From a virus, in IMG/VR virus record IMGVR_UViG_3300021959_007301, positions 23,243 to 87,242 of that record: DNA of 64,000 nt. One strand, given 5' to 3'. The notes below the pieces were generated by a model. That model was given only the letters and a program-made list of their open reading frames with translations. It was not told where the DNA came from and did not search any database. Within the stretch, counting starts at the first letter, position 1. Each line of letters starts with the position of its first letter. This document shows, in pieces, positions 47,588 through 56,739 of the stretch. Position numbers and translations under genes: made by a program.

Positions 47588-48529
47588 ATGAAAGAAGAAT
47601 TTCTTTATGTAGAAAAGTATCGTCCTCAAACCATTGAGGATACGATACTTCCTGCAAGACTTAAAAAAACTTTCCAAGAATTTGTAAAAAACGGTGAGAT
47701 TCCAAATCTCATGTTATGTGGTTCTGCAGGTATCGGTAAGACCACAGTTGCAAAAGCACTCTGTAATGAAATGGGTGCAGACTTCATTGTCATCAATGGT
47801 TCGGATGAAGGAAGATTAATTGATACACTCAGAACCAAAATCAAAAACTTTGCATCTACAGTGTCACTTAGTGGTGGTGCAAAGGTTGTTATACTTGATG
47901 AGGCAGATTACATTTCTGCAGAGTCAGTTCAACCTGCATTGAGAAACTTCATCGAAGAGTTCTCTTCTAACTGTAGATTCATTTTCACCTGTAACTATAA
48001 GAACAGGATTATTCCACCACTACATTCAAGAACAACTGTTATAGATTTTTCACTAACACCAACTGACAAGCAGAAACTTGCTGGTATCTTTCATAAGAGA
48101 CTATGTGATATCTGTGATGCAGAGAACATCAAGTACGACACTAAAGTGTTGGTTGAACTTATTGTTAAGTTCTTCCCTGACTTCAGACGTTGTCTGAACG
48201 AAGTACAACGATATGGTGTCGGTGGTGAAATCGATAGTGGTCTTCTCTCTACACTTAATGAAGAGAAACTCACACCATTGATTGATATGCTACAAGACAA
48301 GAACTGGGGTGGAATGAGAAAGTGGGTTGGTCAGAACTCTGACAACGACTTCAACACTCTGTATAGAAAACTATTCAATACACTTGAGGTGAGGTTAGAA
48401 CCAACTTCGATTCCTGCTGCAGTCTTGTTAATCGCAGACTATCAATACAAGTCTGCATTTGCAATGGATAGTGAGATTAACTTTGTTGCATGTCTCACTG
48501 AAATAATGTCGGAGTGTAAATTCAAATGA
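47588..48529 (+). CDS. gp44: Clamp loader large subunit gp44
   Basis: EKYRP, GSAGIGKTT, ILDEAD, LHSR. Confidence 0.95.
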   Translation: MKEEFLYVEKYRPQTIEDTILPARLKKTFQEFVKNGEIPNLMLCGSAGIGKTTVAKALCNEMGADFIVINGSDEGRLIDTLRTKIKNFASTVSLSGGAKVVILDEADYISAESVQPALRNFIEEFSSNCRFIFTCNYKNRIIPPLHSRTTVIDFSLTPTDKQKLAGIFHKRLCDICDAENIKYDTKVLVELIVKFFPDFRRCLNEVQRYGVGGEIDSGLLSTLNEEKLTPLIDMLQDKNWGGMRKWVGQNSDNDFNTLYRKLFNTLEVRLEPTSIPAAVLLIADYQYKSAFAMDSEINFVACLTEIMSECKFK

Positions 48530-48606
48530 AAATTAATAGACTAAGAGTTTTAACCATGATGTTTTGTTGGTTCGTCATTGGATTTTGGGTTGGTGCAACA
48601 TTATAA
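48526..48606 (+). CDS. Possible 26-aa membrane peptide
   Basis: Read manually: MKINRLRVLTMMFCWFVIGFWVGATL*; start and stop overlap both neighbours. Confidence 0.4.
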   Translation: MKINRLRVLTMMFCWFVIGFWVGATL

Positions 48607-48731
48607 TGGGTAAGATTAGACAATGGATAGCAAGATGGTTTGATTACCATTTAGAGAGAAGTCTACAAAGACAAGCAGACAAACTGTTCATGAAACATCA
48701 AGCCAAAACTACAGACGGAGATAATACTTGA
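48606..48731 (+). CDS. Small hypothetical protein, 41 aa
   Basis: Read manually: MGKIRQWIARWFDYHLERSLQRQADKLF... Confidence 0.45.
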   Translation: MGKIRQWIARWFDYHLERSLQRQADKLFMKHQAKTTDGDNT

Positions 48732-49606
48732 GAGAAAAGGAGTACAATCAATTGCTTCCTTTTGACCCAAATAAAAAGGTATTAGACCAATTTGGTTGGA
48801 ACCCTGTATCAGTTATAAAACCAACTAAGTCATCTAAAAAGATGTGGAGTCGTGCCTATCTAGACAATGTCGAATATAGAAGAGGGGAAGACATTGAGTA
48901 TCTTGCAGGATTAAAGTTTAGTGAATTTCATGCTGGTATGGCAGAAAACATTATTCACTATTGGTCAATGAAAGGTGCAAAAGTTGTCGACCCATTTGCA
49001 GGAAGACTAACACGTGCATATGTAACTTCAAGTCTCGGTAGAACTTATGAAGGGTACGATGTCGTTCAAAGAACCGTAGATGAATCTAATAAAGTTTTAA
49101 CTGAAGACAACTTAAATGGAATCATCCATGTTGGAAATGGATGTGTCATGGAAAAGACTGAATCAGAAACTGCAGACTTAGTGTTCACTTGCCCACCTTA
49201 TCATCAATTAGAAAAATATGAATCTGTCGATTCCCAATTATCAGACATAGGAAGTTATGATGATTTTCTAACTGAGATAGAGTTATGTGCAGAAAACTGT
49301 CACAGAGTGATGAAAGAAGGTGCATTTTGTGTATGGGTTGTAGGTGATTGGAGAGAGAAAGGTATTTACAGGTCTTTCCACTCTGACCTTATTACTATCA
49401 TGCAAAATAAAAAACTAAAACATCATGACACTATAATTATGGAGAACCAGTCACCCTTTGCATCCCTTCAACTAGGAAAGGTTGCAGCCAATCGTTATAC
49501 AAGTAAGATACATGAATTCATACTTGTATTTAAAAAAGAGGGTGTACTAAACCCTGTATCCTATGATATAATGGATACTATAACTTTGGAGGATTTTTTA
49601 TCATAA
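48728..49606 (+). CDS. DNA amino-methyltransferase (m4C/m6A type)
   Basis: VVDPFAG (motif I), LVFTCPPY (motif IV), HEFILVFKK. Confidence 0.85.
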   Translation: MREKEYNQLLPFDPNKKVLDQFGWNPVSVIKPTKSSKKMWSRAYLDNVEYRRGEDIEYLAGLKFSEFHAGMAENIIHYWSMKGAKVVDPFAGRLTRAYVTSSLGRTYEGYDVVQRTVDESNKVLTEDNLNGIIHVGNGCVMEKTESETADLVFTCPPYHQLEKYESVDSQLSDIGSYDDFLTEIELCAENCHRVMKEGAFCVWVVGDWREKGIYRSFHSDLITIMQNKKLKHHDTIIMENQSPFASLQLGKVAANRYTSKIHEFILVFKKEGVLNPVSYDIMDTITLEDFLS

Positions 49607-49905
49607 TGGGACAATATAAAGATAAAGTAGAGAGACAAAGACTTTTGTTGGAAGCAGAGAAATGGGCAGAGGGTATTAAAGATATCCACATACATTCAAT
49701 GAGCAGTATGTGGTATGATGATAAACCTGAAGACACTACAAACAACAAAAACGTAACTGACACTACATACAACAATGGTCTTATCAAAAGAGAACAGGAT
49801 GGTAAAGTTCTCAGATACTTTGGTGAACAACTTACAGGTGATGCTCTTATAGATGACTATGTTAGAAAAGTTTCACCCTCTGTTACACAATCCATTCTTA
49901 GTTAA
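49606..49905 (+). CDS. Hypothetical protein
   Basis: ORF coupled to neighbours. Confidence 0.6.
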   Translation: MGQYKDKVERQRLLLEAEKWAEGIKDIHIHSMSSMWYDDKPEDTTNNKNVTDTTYNNGLIKREQDGKVLRYFGEQLTGDALIDDYVRKVSPSVTQSILS

Positions 49906-50294
49906 TGACTAAAACCAATCCATTTGATTTTGTTAAATCAGTCTCGTCTACCAAAAAAGATATCATGGTGGATGAGATTGATGAGAAGTCATACCAACCA
50001 TATCTTGCAAACAAATCACTATCTTACCACCAAGATGCGATTCTGCTTACTAATGAAATGAACCTTAAGCACGGTCTCGACAACCGTCTTCAGTACCTTT
50101 TTTTCCTAAATACTCTTAGGAAAAGACAACGGTTTTCTAAATGGGAGAAACCCAACATTAGTAAAAAACTCGATGTCGTAAAAGAGTATTATCAGATATC
50201 AACTAAAGAAGCACAGGAATATGTCAAACTTCTATCTGATAAACAACTACGTGAGTTGAAAAACAGAATGAACATTGGTGGTACAAATGGATGA
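49905..50294 (+). CDS. gp62: Clamp loader small subunit gp62
   Basis: PFDFVKS, Y.PYLANKSLS, NEMN, LRKRQRFSKW. Confidence 0.92.
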   Translation: MTKTNPFDFVKSVSSTKKDIMVDEIDEKSYQPYLANKSLSYHQDAILLTNEMNLKHGLDNRLQYLFFLNTLRKRQRFSKWEKPNISKKLDVVKEYYQISTKEAQEYVKLLSDKQLRELKNRMNIGGTNG

Positions 50295-50697
50295 ATTAGA
50301 ACATATAACAAAAGACCTAGTAGAGGTCACATTCCCTCAAAAAGACGATTTCTTAAAGATACGTGAAACACTTTCACGTATTGGTGTTGCTTCACGAAAA
50401 GAACAAGAATTATTCCAGTCATGTCATATACTTCATAAAAGAGGTAAATACTATATCGTACATTTTAAAGAATTGTTTCGGTTAGATGGGAAACCAACTA
50501 ACTTTGATGAATCGGATGTTGCAAGACGTAACACCATTATTGATTTATTAAAACAATGGAACTTATTGAGTGTTGTTGACACTTCCAAAATTGAGGAACC
50601 TAAGGCTCCTCTATCTCAAATTAAGGTGATTCCTTTTAAGGAAAAATCGGAGTGGAAATTGACAACTAAATACTCAATTGGTAGTTCAAATACCTAA
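50287..50697 (+). CDS. regA: Translational repressor RegA
   Basis: DDFLKIRETLSRIGVAS, QSCHILHKRGKYYIVHFKELF. Confidence 0.96.
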   Translation: MDELEHITKDLVEVTFPQKDDFLKIRETLSRIGVASRKEQELFQSCHILHKRGKYYIVHFKELFRLDGKPTNFDESDVARRNTIIDLLKQWNLLSVVDTSKIEEPKAPLSQIKVIPFKEKSEWKLTTKYSIGSSNT

Positions 50698-50731
50698 ATA
50701 CTATCGTTAAATAAACTAACGGAGGAAAGCT

Positions 50732-50938
50732 ATGTTCTCAGGAATTATAGACTTTGTTATGGGAATTTGGAACCTATTGATGATTGTCCCTGTGATAATC
50801 TCAATTTGTAGTGTTGTAGTAGCACTTACACCAACACCTGCTGACGATAAGTTGTGGGCAAAAGTGTATAAATACTTGGAGGTTCTTGCTCTTGCAATTG
50901 GTAAGGCAAAGGACAAAAATCCATTATTGGATAAATAA
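50732..50938 (+). CDS. Small membrane protein (possibly holin-like)
   Basis: Hydrophobic N-terminus, ALTPTPADD motif. Confidence 0.6.
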   Translation: MFSGIIDFVMGIWNLLMIVPVIISICSVVVALTPTPADDKLWAKVYKYLEVLALAIGKAKDKNPLLDK

Positions 50939-50962
50939 CTAATATATTAGTAGGAGTAAATT

Positions 50963-51238
50963 ATGGAAATTTTTGTGATAGCACTAGTTGTATTAGGTGT
51001 CGCATTTTTCGTTTTGGAAAAGAGAAAAGGTGGTAACACTTCTTCTTCAACTTCCAGTCCTGCACCAGCACCTGCTCCAGTAGCAGATGCAAATGGTAAT
51101 GGTGTCACTTCTAAAGCAGAGCTTAAGAAGTTAACCAAAAACCAACTGATTGAATTTGCTGAAAAGAGAAATCTTAAAGTGAAGAAGTCAGGTACTAAGG
51201 CTGCAGTGATTAACGAAATCCACACACAGTTAAAATAA
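50963..51238 (+). CDS. Membrane-anchored small protein with C-terminal Rho-N/SAP-like helical motif
   Basis: TM segment, AP-rich linker, LKKLTKNQL...G.TKA.VI. Confidence 0.65.
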   Translation: MEIFVIALVVLGVAFFVLEKRKGGNTSSSTSSPAPAPAPVADANGNGVTSKAELKKLTKNQLIEFAEKRNLKVKKSGTKAAVINEIHTQLK

Positions 51239-51264
51239 GTACAAACAATAATAACAATTGTTAG

Positions 51265-51291
51265 AAGGGGTCTTACGACCCCTTTTTTTTT
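51265..51291. terminator. Intrinsic terminator between converging genes
   Basis: AAGGGGTC-TTAC-GACCCCTTTTTTTTT. Confidence 0.8.
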
Positions 51292-51294
51292 ATC

Positions 51295-51444
51295 TTAAGG
51301 ATAGAAAGGATTCTCTCTGATATAATGAGGTAATTCTATTTTCTTATTTTCCCTTACAGTGTTCTTGACACTAGATGTAAGGTGTTTTTCCCTAAGAGAT
51401 TTTTTGACTGCTCTTATAAAGAGCAAAGTTTGATATTTAGTCAT
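51295..51444 (-). CDS. 49-aa basic peptide downstream of the tandem glutamine riboswitch-like RNAs
   Basis: Read manually: MTKYQTLLFIRAVKKSLREKHLTSSVKNTVRENKKIELPHYIRENPFYP*; GGAGA RBS at 51450-51454. Confidence 0.7.
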   Translation of the reverse strand: MTKYQTLLFIRAVKKSLREKHLTSSVKNTVRENKKIELPHYIRENPFYP

Positions 51445-51463
51445 GTCAATCTCCGAAAAGATT

Positions 51464-51512
51464 GCGTTCCTTCAGCACCATTGCCTACTTCCGTCTATTA
51501 CTAGATGAACGT
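51464..51512 (-). ncRNA. glnA-motif (glutamine-I) riboswitch aptamer, proximal copy
   Basis: ACGUUC-AUCUA-GUAA-UAGAC-GGAAGUA-GGCA-AUGG-UGCU-GAAG-GAACGC: P1/P2/P3 three-way junction with loop-E. Confidence 0.8.
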
Positions 51513-51518
51513 AACAAT

Positions 51519-51579
51519 GCGTTCCTTCGTCACAATTGACTACTTCCGTCTATACTTCAGATAAAGTATAAATGAACGT
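51519..51579 (-). ncRNA. glnA-motif (glutamine-I) riboswitch aptamer, distal copy
   Basis: ACGUUC-AUUUAUACUUU-AUCU-GAAGUAUAGAC-GGAAGUA-GUCA-AUUG-UGAC-GAAG-GAACGC; stems covary with the other copy. Confidence 0.8.
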
Positions 51580-51623
51580 ACAATTATTTAGGTTACAACC
51601 AGTCCATTTCCATAAATAAGTGT

Positions 51624-51917
51624 ATGGATTTCTTTGAATTTATAGGCGATGTCGGAACACCAATCGCAGGTGCGATAGTGATGGGTATTTTTATCTTCAT
51701 CGTTCTAAAACAGATTCTTGAGGGTATAGTGGATAACATTAAAACCCTGACAACATTCTGTTCCTCATTAGAGAACAGAGCAAGAACTATGTCAAATGAA
51801 ATGATAAAAATTGATTTGTTAGTATCAAGCGCACTAGACTTGAGACCTGACATCGAAAGAATCTCTCGTGCAGAAAACTTTATCGAAGACGGTAAACTGG
51901 ATGTGAGGAGAGACTAG
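51624..51917 (+). CDS. Membrane protein at the start of the curli-like operon
   Basis: One TM segment plus coiled coil; resembles the next ORF. Confidence 0.7.
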   Translation: MDFFEFIGDVGTPIAGAIVMGIFIFIVLKQILEGIVDNIKTLTTFCSSLENRARTMSNEMIKIDLLVSSALDLRPDIERISRAENFIEDGKLDVRRD

Positions 51918-51937
51918 CGGAGAGGACACAAAAGACA

Positions 51938-52249
51938 ATGGATTTTACTGAAATCGCACAAGTAGTCAAGGACTATGGATTTCCAGTTGTTATGAGTGTC
52001 GGTATGGGATACTTCATATACTTTATATGGAGTTTTATTTCTAATCAAATAGAACCTGAAATTGAGAAAATGCATATGGCGTTGATACGTGTTATTGACC
52101 AAACTCGTATGTTAGATCAGGACATGATTAGATTACAACAAAAAGTGAACGTGGTTCTTGAGTACAGAAAACGTGATGAATTGATTGAAGAGGCAAAAGA
52201 AGACGAATTACTCAAGGAATATAAACAAAGGGAACATACACATGAATGA
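51938..52249 (+). CDS. Membrane protein, paralog of the previous ORF
   Basis: YGFPVVMSVGMGYFIYFIW...LIRVIDQTRMLDQDMIRLQQKV. Confidence 0.7.
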   Translation: MDFTEIAQVVKDYGFPVVMSVGMGYFIYFIWSFISNQIEPEIEKMHMALIRVIDQTRMLDQDMIRLQQKVNVVLEYRKRDELIEEAKEDELLKEYKQREHTHE

Positions 52250-52739
52250 CAGAGATTGGAAAGTAGTGTTATTTACACTTCTTTTGTCAATGAATGCAAA
52301 TGCAACTGAGATAGTACATAAGTTTAAAAACCCATCCTTTAGTGGGATAGGTACTGGTTCTCATTATCTCACGATTGAGAACCAAGAACATTCTCGTAAG
52401 AAAGCGATAGAGGATGCTTTGGAGGCAGCACGTAAAGCTGCAGAACGTGAGGCAGATAACACTACACTTGCAAAGTTTATTAGAAACTTGGAGAGTAGAA
52501 TTTATGCACAGATGGCAAAACAACTGGTAGAGTCAATGTTTCAAAATGACAATCCAGTAAGGTTTGGTTCATTTGTGTTAGAAGGTTCAACGATAACGTA
52601 TGAAGTGATTACCAACGAAGACGGTACAGAGTATATTAAGATGACGATTGTTGCAGAAGATGGTTCAACAACAGAAATACAGATTCCAATTGGAACAGGA
52701 TACTTTGGTAGTGACTATGGCACGAACCCTGACGGTTAG
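52242..52739 (+). CDS. csgF: CsgF-like curli assembly protein
   Basis: Signal peptide then EIVHKFKNPSFSG, F..NLESRIYAQMAKQLV...G. Confidence 0.8.
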   Translation: MNDRDWKVVLFTLLLSMNANATEIVHKFKNPSFSGIGTGSHYLTIENQEHSRKKAIEDALEAARKAAEREADNTTLAKFIRNLESRIYAQMAKQLVESMFQNDNPVRFGSFVLEGSTITYEVITNEDGTEYIKMTIVAEDGSTTEIQIPIGTGYFGSDYGTNPDG

Positions 52740-53610
52740 TCTAATATTTGGATTGTTATTAACATCATGTGCATCAGTCCCACAGTGGTCTGATGATCCT
52801 GCTGATTGCGCTTATGAAACTGGAAGGTTTGATGAGGGTTTCGGTAGAGATGTAGTTACAGGTGTTGCAAAACAAGTTACACGAAATTATATTTGTGTTG
52901 AGAGTCCACACGTAGTAGACCTACCATCTTATTTACAATTATTAGATTTACCGCCTGCAGAAACAAAACCTGTAGTTGCAGTGTACAACTTTGCAGACTT
53001 AACAGGACAAAGAAAGTACAGAGAGAATCTTGCAGATTTCTCAACTGCAGTTACACAAGGTAGTACTGCAATGTTAATCGATGCATTGAAAACTGCAGGA
53101 GGTGGAACTTGGTTTAGAGTCGTAGAAAGACAAGGACTTGATAACCTAGTAAGAGAAAGACAGATTATTCGTTCTGCAAGACAAGAATATGCAGACGAAG
53201 AGTCACAAGGAATTGCACCCATGTTATTCGCAGGAATGATTATTGAGGGTGGAATAATTGGTTATGATACTAACATTGAATCAGGTGGACGAGGCGCACG
53301 GACACTTGGAATCGGATTTAGTAAACAGTATCGACAAGATATTGTTACAGTCTCAATCAGAGCAGTTTCTGTTTTGACTGGGGAGATATTATTAAACGTC
53401 CAAACTACTAAAACAATTTTGTCATATGGTAGTGGGGGTGATGTGTTCAGGTTCATTGAACAGGGAACACAATTGGTTGAATATGAAGACGGTGTGGGAA
53501 AAAACGAGTCTGTCACTTATGCAGTGAGAACTGCAATAGAGGCAGGAGTATTAGAAATAATTAATCAAGGCCACTCACGTGGTTATTGGAAAATAGAGGG
53601 AAGAGAATAA
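52717..53610 (+). CDS. csgG: CsgG-like curli secretion channel lipoprotein
   Basis: Lipobox LTSC; VAVYNFADLTGQRK, FSTAVTQG, WFRVVERQGLDNL..ERQIIR, EGGIIGYDTN. Confidence 0.9.
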   Translation: MARTLTVSLIFGLLLTSCASVPQWSDDPADCAYETGRFDEGFGRDVVTGVAKQVTRNYICVESPHVVDLPSYLQLLDLPPAETKPVVAVYNFADLTGQRKYRENLADFSTAVTQGSTAMLIDALKTAGGGTWFRVVERQGLDNLVRERQIIRSARQEYADEESQGIAPMLFAGMIIEGGIIGYDTNIESGGRGARTLGIGFSKQYRQDIVTVSIRAVSVLTGEILLNVQTTKTILSYGSGGDVFRFIEQGTQLVEYEDGVGKNESVTYAVRTAIEAGVLEIINQGHSRGYWKIEGRE

Positions 53611-54335
53611 TGTTAAAATATTTATTAGGCCTAAGCATGTTATTTTCGTCTTTCATGTTCGCACAAGCGTCTGACGATAATGAAATTAATATTAGTCAAA
53701 CTGGTGACACTTTGACACTATACATCGACCAAGTCGGTTATGGTAACAAAATAGGGTTGAATGACTTTTCATCAAGTTCATCGGCAATGCCTATCACTGG
53801 TACTAGTTTAACTTTTGATATCGATCAGATTGGTAATAGTAATTTACTATATGGTACCCTTACTGCAAACTCCTCAACATATAACATGTTGTTTACTGGA
53901 GATTCAAACGTATGGGATTGGTTGATAGGGGACACAGGAAGTTCTGACAGTTCTGCATTTGATGTTGACATCACAGGTAGTTCTAACACAATGGATTTAG
54001 ATCAAGGAAGTTTGTTCCAAGCAGAAAGACTGGATTTTGATTTAACAGTTATAGGTGATTCAAACGTATTTGATGTTGACGTAGAAGCAGACGATGTTAT
54101 TTGGAACTTTGATATTACAGGTGGTTCAAATAACATTAACACTTTACAAAAAGATGGTGCATATCAAGAAATCAATTTCACATTGAGTGGTGATAGTGCA
54201 GACGTAGACATAAACCAATTAAGTGGTACATGTCCTACAAACGTGTCTTCATGTAAAGGTATAATCACTTTGGATGTAACAAGTGACAATGCAACTATTC
54301 AAATCAATCAGAAAGACTCAAATAACGATTCTTAG
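53610..54335 (+). CDS. Secreted curlin-like beta-repeat protein 1
   Basis: Signal peptide; DNEINISQTG, IDQVGYGN, IDQIGNSN, ITGSSN repeats. Confidence 0.65.
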   Translation: MLKYLLGLSMLFSSFMFAQASDDNEINISQTGDTLTLYIDQVGYGNKIGLNDFSSSSSAMPITGTSLTFDIDQIGNSNLLYGTLTANSSTYNMLFTGDSNVWDWLIGDTGSSDSSAFDVDITGSSNTMDLDQGSLFQAERLDFDLTVIGDSNVFDVDVEADDVIWNFDITGGSNNINTLQKDGAYQEINFTLSGDSADVDINQLSGTCPTNVSSCKGIITLDVTSDNATIQINQKDSNNDS

Positions 54336-55434
54336 TATTGTACTTCTATCGGTGTCTGTTCATGCAGACACCATAGGAGACATAGTAGAGTCCACTGGAG
54401 TCGGTGCAATCTTTCGTTCAAACGAAGAGATACCCTCATCCACCAATTTAGGAATCAACCTATACGATGAGGCAAAAACACAAAACGGTAGAATGCTCAT
54501 TGAGTTTCTCGATGAAGAGGAACTTGCATTAACTGAACACACTATAGTGTACATCGATGAGGCATACTACGACCCTGACCCATCGAAATCCAAAATGGCA
54601 ATTCGAATGGCAAGGGGAACTGCACGATTCGCTTCAGGTGCAGGAAACAAAATCAAAAAAAGAAACATAAGTGTCACAACACCTACGGCACAAATTGCAA
54701 TCAACGGAACAGATTTTACAACAACCATAGATGAACTTGGACGTTCACTTGTGGTACTTTTGCCAGATGCATTTGGTGATGCATCAGGTGAAATAGTAGT
54801 GTCAAATGAAGGTGGTCAAGTGACACTTACAGAAGCATATTCTGCAACAATGGTATCGTCATTAGCAACACCACCTACACCAACAGTCACAATACAAAAT
54901 GTAACCCCCTCAATGATTGATAATATGTTCATTGTAAACCCCCCTAAGGAGGTCTCAGATGCGATACAAGAACAGGCACAGGATGACTTAGACCAAGACC
55001 AAGGGTTATTGGATGTAGATTTTTTAGAATTTAATGATTTAGAACAAGATGCATTAGAAGATACTGGAAGAGACTTAGAATACTCTGCATTAGATGTAGA
55101 TTTCTTAGATGTAGACTTCCTTGTTGACTTACTAGATGTAGTGGAAGAACTTATAAAAACCACAAAACAACTTGCTGACCAACAAGAAACTTCAGGTGGT
55201 TCAGGTGAGTTTGTTATCAAAGGTGCAAACTTTGGTAAGAACGATAATTCACAGTATAACATCTTCATCGAAGATGGTGGTATTGTCTTTTATCGTGATG
55301 TTAACGGTGTGATATCGTTAAAATTTGCAGCTGGTGCCAATATAACACTAGATACAATAGTTGATGGATATGAAGGTATCATCACCACAAATAGTGGAGA
55401 TAGTATAGATGTTCGGATACGTCAAGTTAACTAA
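54289..55434 (+). CDS. Secreted FecR-domain protein with acidic C-terminal region
   Basis: Signal peptide; KT.NGRM.IEFLD...LTEHT..., G.ARFASG, VTTPTAQIAINGTDF. Confidence 0.8.
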   Translation: MQLFKSIRKTQITILSIVLLSVSVHADTIGDIVESTGVGAIFRSNEEIPSSTNLGINLYDEAKTQNGRMLIEFLDEEELALTEHTIVYIDEAYYDPDPSKSKMAIRMARGTARFASGAGNKIKKRNISVTTPTAQIAINGTDFTTTIDELGRSLVVLLPDAFGDASGEIVVSNEGGQVTLTEAYSATMVSSLATPPTPTVTIQNVTPSMIDNMFIVNPPKEVSDAIQEQAQDDLDQDQGLLDVDFLEFNDLEQDALEDTGRDLEYSALDVDFLDVDFLVDLLDVVEELIKTTKQLADQQETSGGSGEFVIKGANFGKNDNSQYNIFIEDGGIVFYRDVNGVISLKFAAGANITLDTIVDGYEGIITTNSGDSIDVRIRQVN

Positions 55435-55466
55435 ATATAATACCTAACCAATATGGAGGAAAAGGT

Positions 55467-55616
55467 ATGTTAAAACACCTAGAAAAACTCCGTGACTGGC
55501 ATGAGGACAGATTGTTCTCACTGCAGAAGTCACTAAGACTGGATGACTACCACATGTTGTGGATTTCATTCGGAGAAGGAGTTCTAGTCGGTATGTTTTT
55601 GCTATGGATATTTTAA
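55467..55616 (+). CDS. Small membrane protein, 49 aa
   Basis: Read manually; GGAGG RBS; MLKHLEKLRDWHE...GVLVGMFLLWIF*. Confidence 0.55.
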   Translation: MLKHLEKLRDWHEDRLFSLQKSLRLDDYHMLWISFGEGVLVGMFLLWIF

Positions 55617-56341
55617 ATAATAAAAAAACTAAGGATAAACCACTCTTAATCATAGGGTGGTTAATCCTACTTTCATATTGTTCAGTTGCATTCGCAGACA
55701 ATGAAATTACCATTGACCAAACTGGTGGGGATAACTTCAATCTCACAATCAATCAATTTGGTGCAAACAATGTTATCAAGATGTATGATGCATATTCTTA
55801 TGTCAATGGTGCAGATATGACTCTTACACTCATTCAGCAAAATGATACAACTACAAATAATGTTATAGAACTATGGCATCTTGATGGACAAGACAACATT
55901 GTCCGTTGGGGTCAAGGTGTTGCATGGGATGGTGCAACATCTACTACATACTCATATGATGGTGACGAAGGTGGTGGTCATTATGCAAGATTAGATATAC
56001 ATGGTGACAATAATCATATGCAAGGTCATCAAACAAATCAAGGAAGCACTAGTGGTCATACATTCACAAGTATTATCTATAGTGATTATAATGATATTTG
56101 GGTGAGACAACAACATGACGGTGCAAAGACAATCAATCTAACAACATGGGTAGATGGTAATGACATCACACTCAGACAAAAAGGTAGTGGCGCTAACCAT
56201 ACTGCATACATCTCATTATCAGGTTCAGACCCAACCACATTAAATCTTTTACAACAAGGTACAACTACACAATCATATTCACTTTCACAAAACTGTGTTA
56301 CAGTTGGTGGTTGTTCAGTCACAGTAACACAAGGTAACTAA
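55604..56341 (+). CDS. Secreted curlin-like beta-repeat protein 2
   Basis: Signal peptide ending AFA-DNEITIDQTG; INQFGANN, LRQKG, LLQQG; C-terminal CVTVGGC. Confidence 0.65.
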   Translation: MDILNNKKTKDKPLLIIGWLILLSYCSVAFADNEITIDQTGGDNFNLTINQFGANNVIKMYDAYSYVNGADMTLTLIQQNDTTTNNVIELWHLDGQDNIVRWGQGVAWDGATSTTYSYDGDEGGGHYARLDIHGDNNHMQGHQTNQGSTSGHTFTSIIYSDYNDIWVRQQHDGAKTINLTTWVDGNDITLRQKGSGANHTAYISLSGSDPTTLNLLQQGTTTQSYSLSQNCVTVGGCSVTVTQGN

Positions 56342-56739
56342 TGCCATATTCACAAAAAGTAATCGATAGATTCGAAGGTGTTCTCAATGCACCTGAACAA
56401 TTCTCAGTTGGTAGATTCGACCCCAACGACCCAAACGTTGCAACAGGAATGACAGGAGCACCTGCTTGTGGTGATGTAATGAAACTGCAACTTAAACTTG
56501 ACGAGAACGAAATGATAGTAGACGTGAAGTTTAAGACTTATGGTTGTGGAAGTGCAATCGCAAGTAGTTCACTATTCGTAGATTTACTCAAAGGTAAAAC
56601 CATAGAAGAAGCAAAACAAATTAAAGATAAAGAGATTGCAGAAATTTTAGAACTACCACCAATCAAATTACACTGCTCAGTTCTTGCAGAAGACTCAATC
56701 AGAAAGGCAATAGAGGATTGGGAATCAAAACGTGTATAG
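56341..56739 (+). CDS. iscU: Fe-S scaffold IscU
   Basis: GAPACGDVM, FKTYGCGSAIASS, LPPIKLHCS. Confidence 0.95.
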   Translation: MPYSQKVIDRFEGVLNAPEQFSVGRFDPNDPNVATGMTGAPACGDVMKLQLKLDENEMIVDVKFKTYGCGSAIASSSLFVDLLKGKTIEEAKQIKDKEIAEILELPPIKLHCSVLAEDSIRKAIEDWESKRV

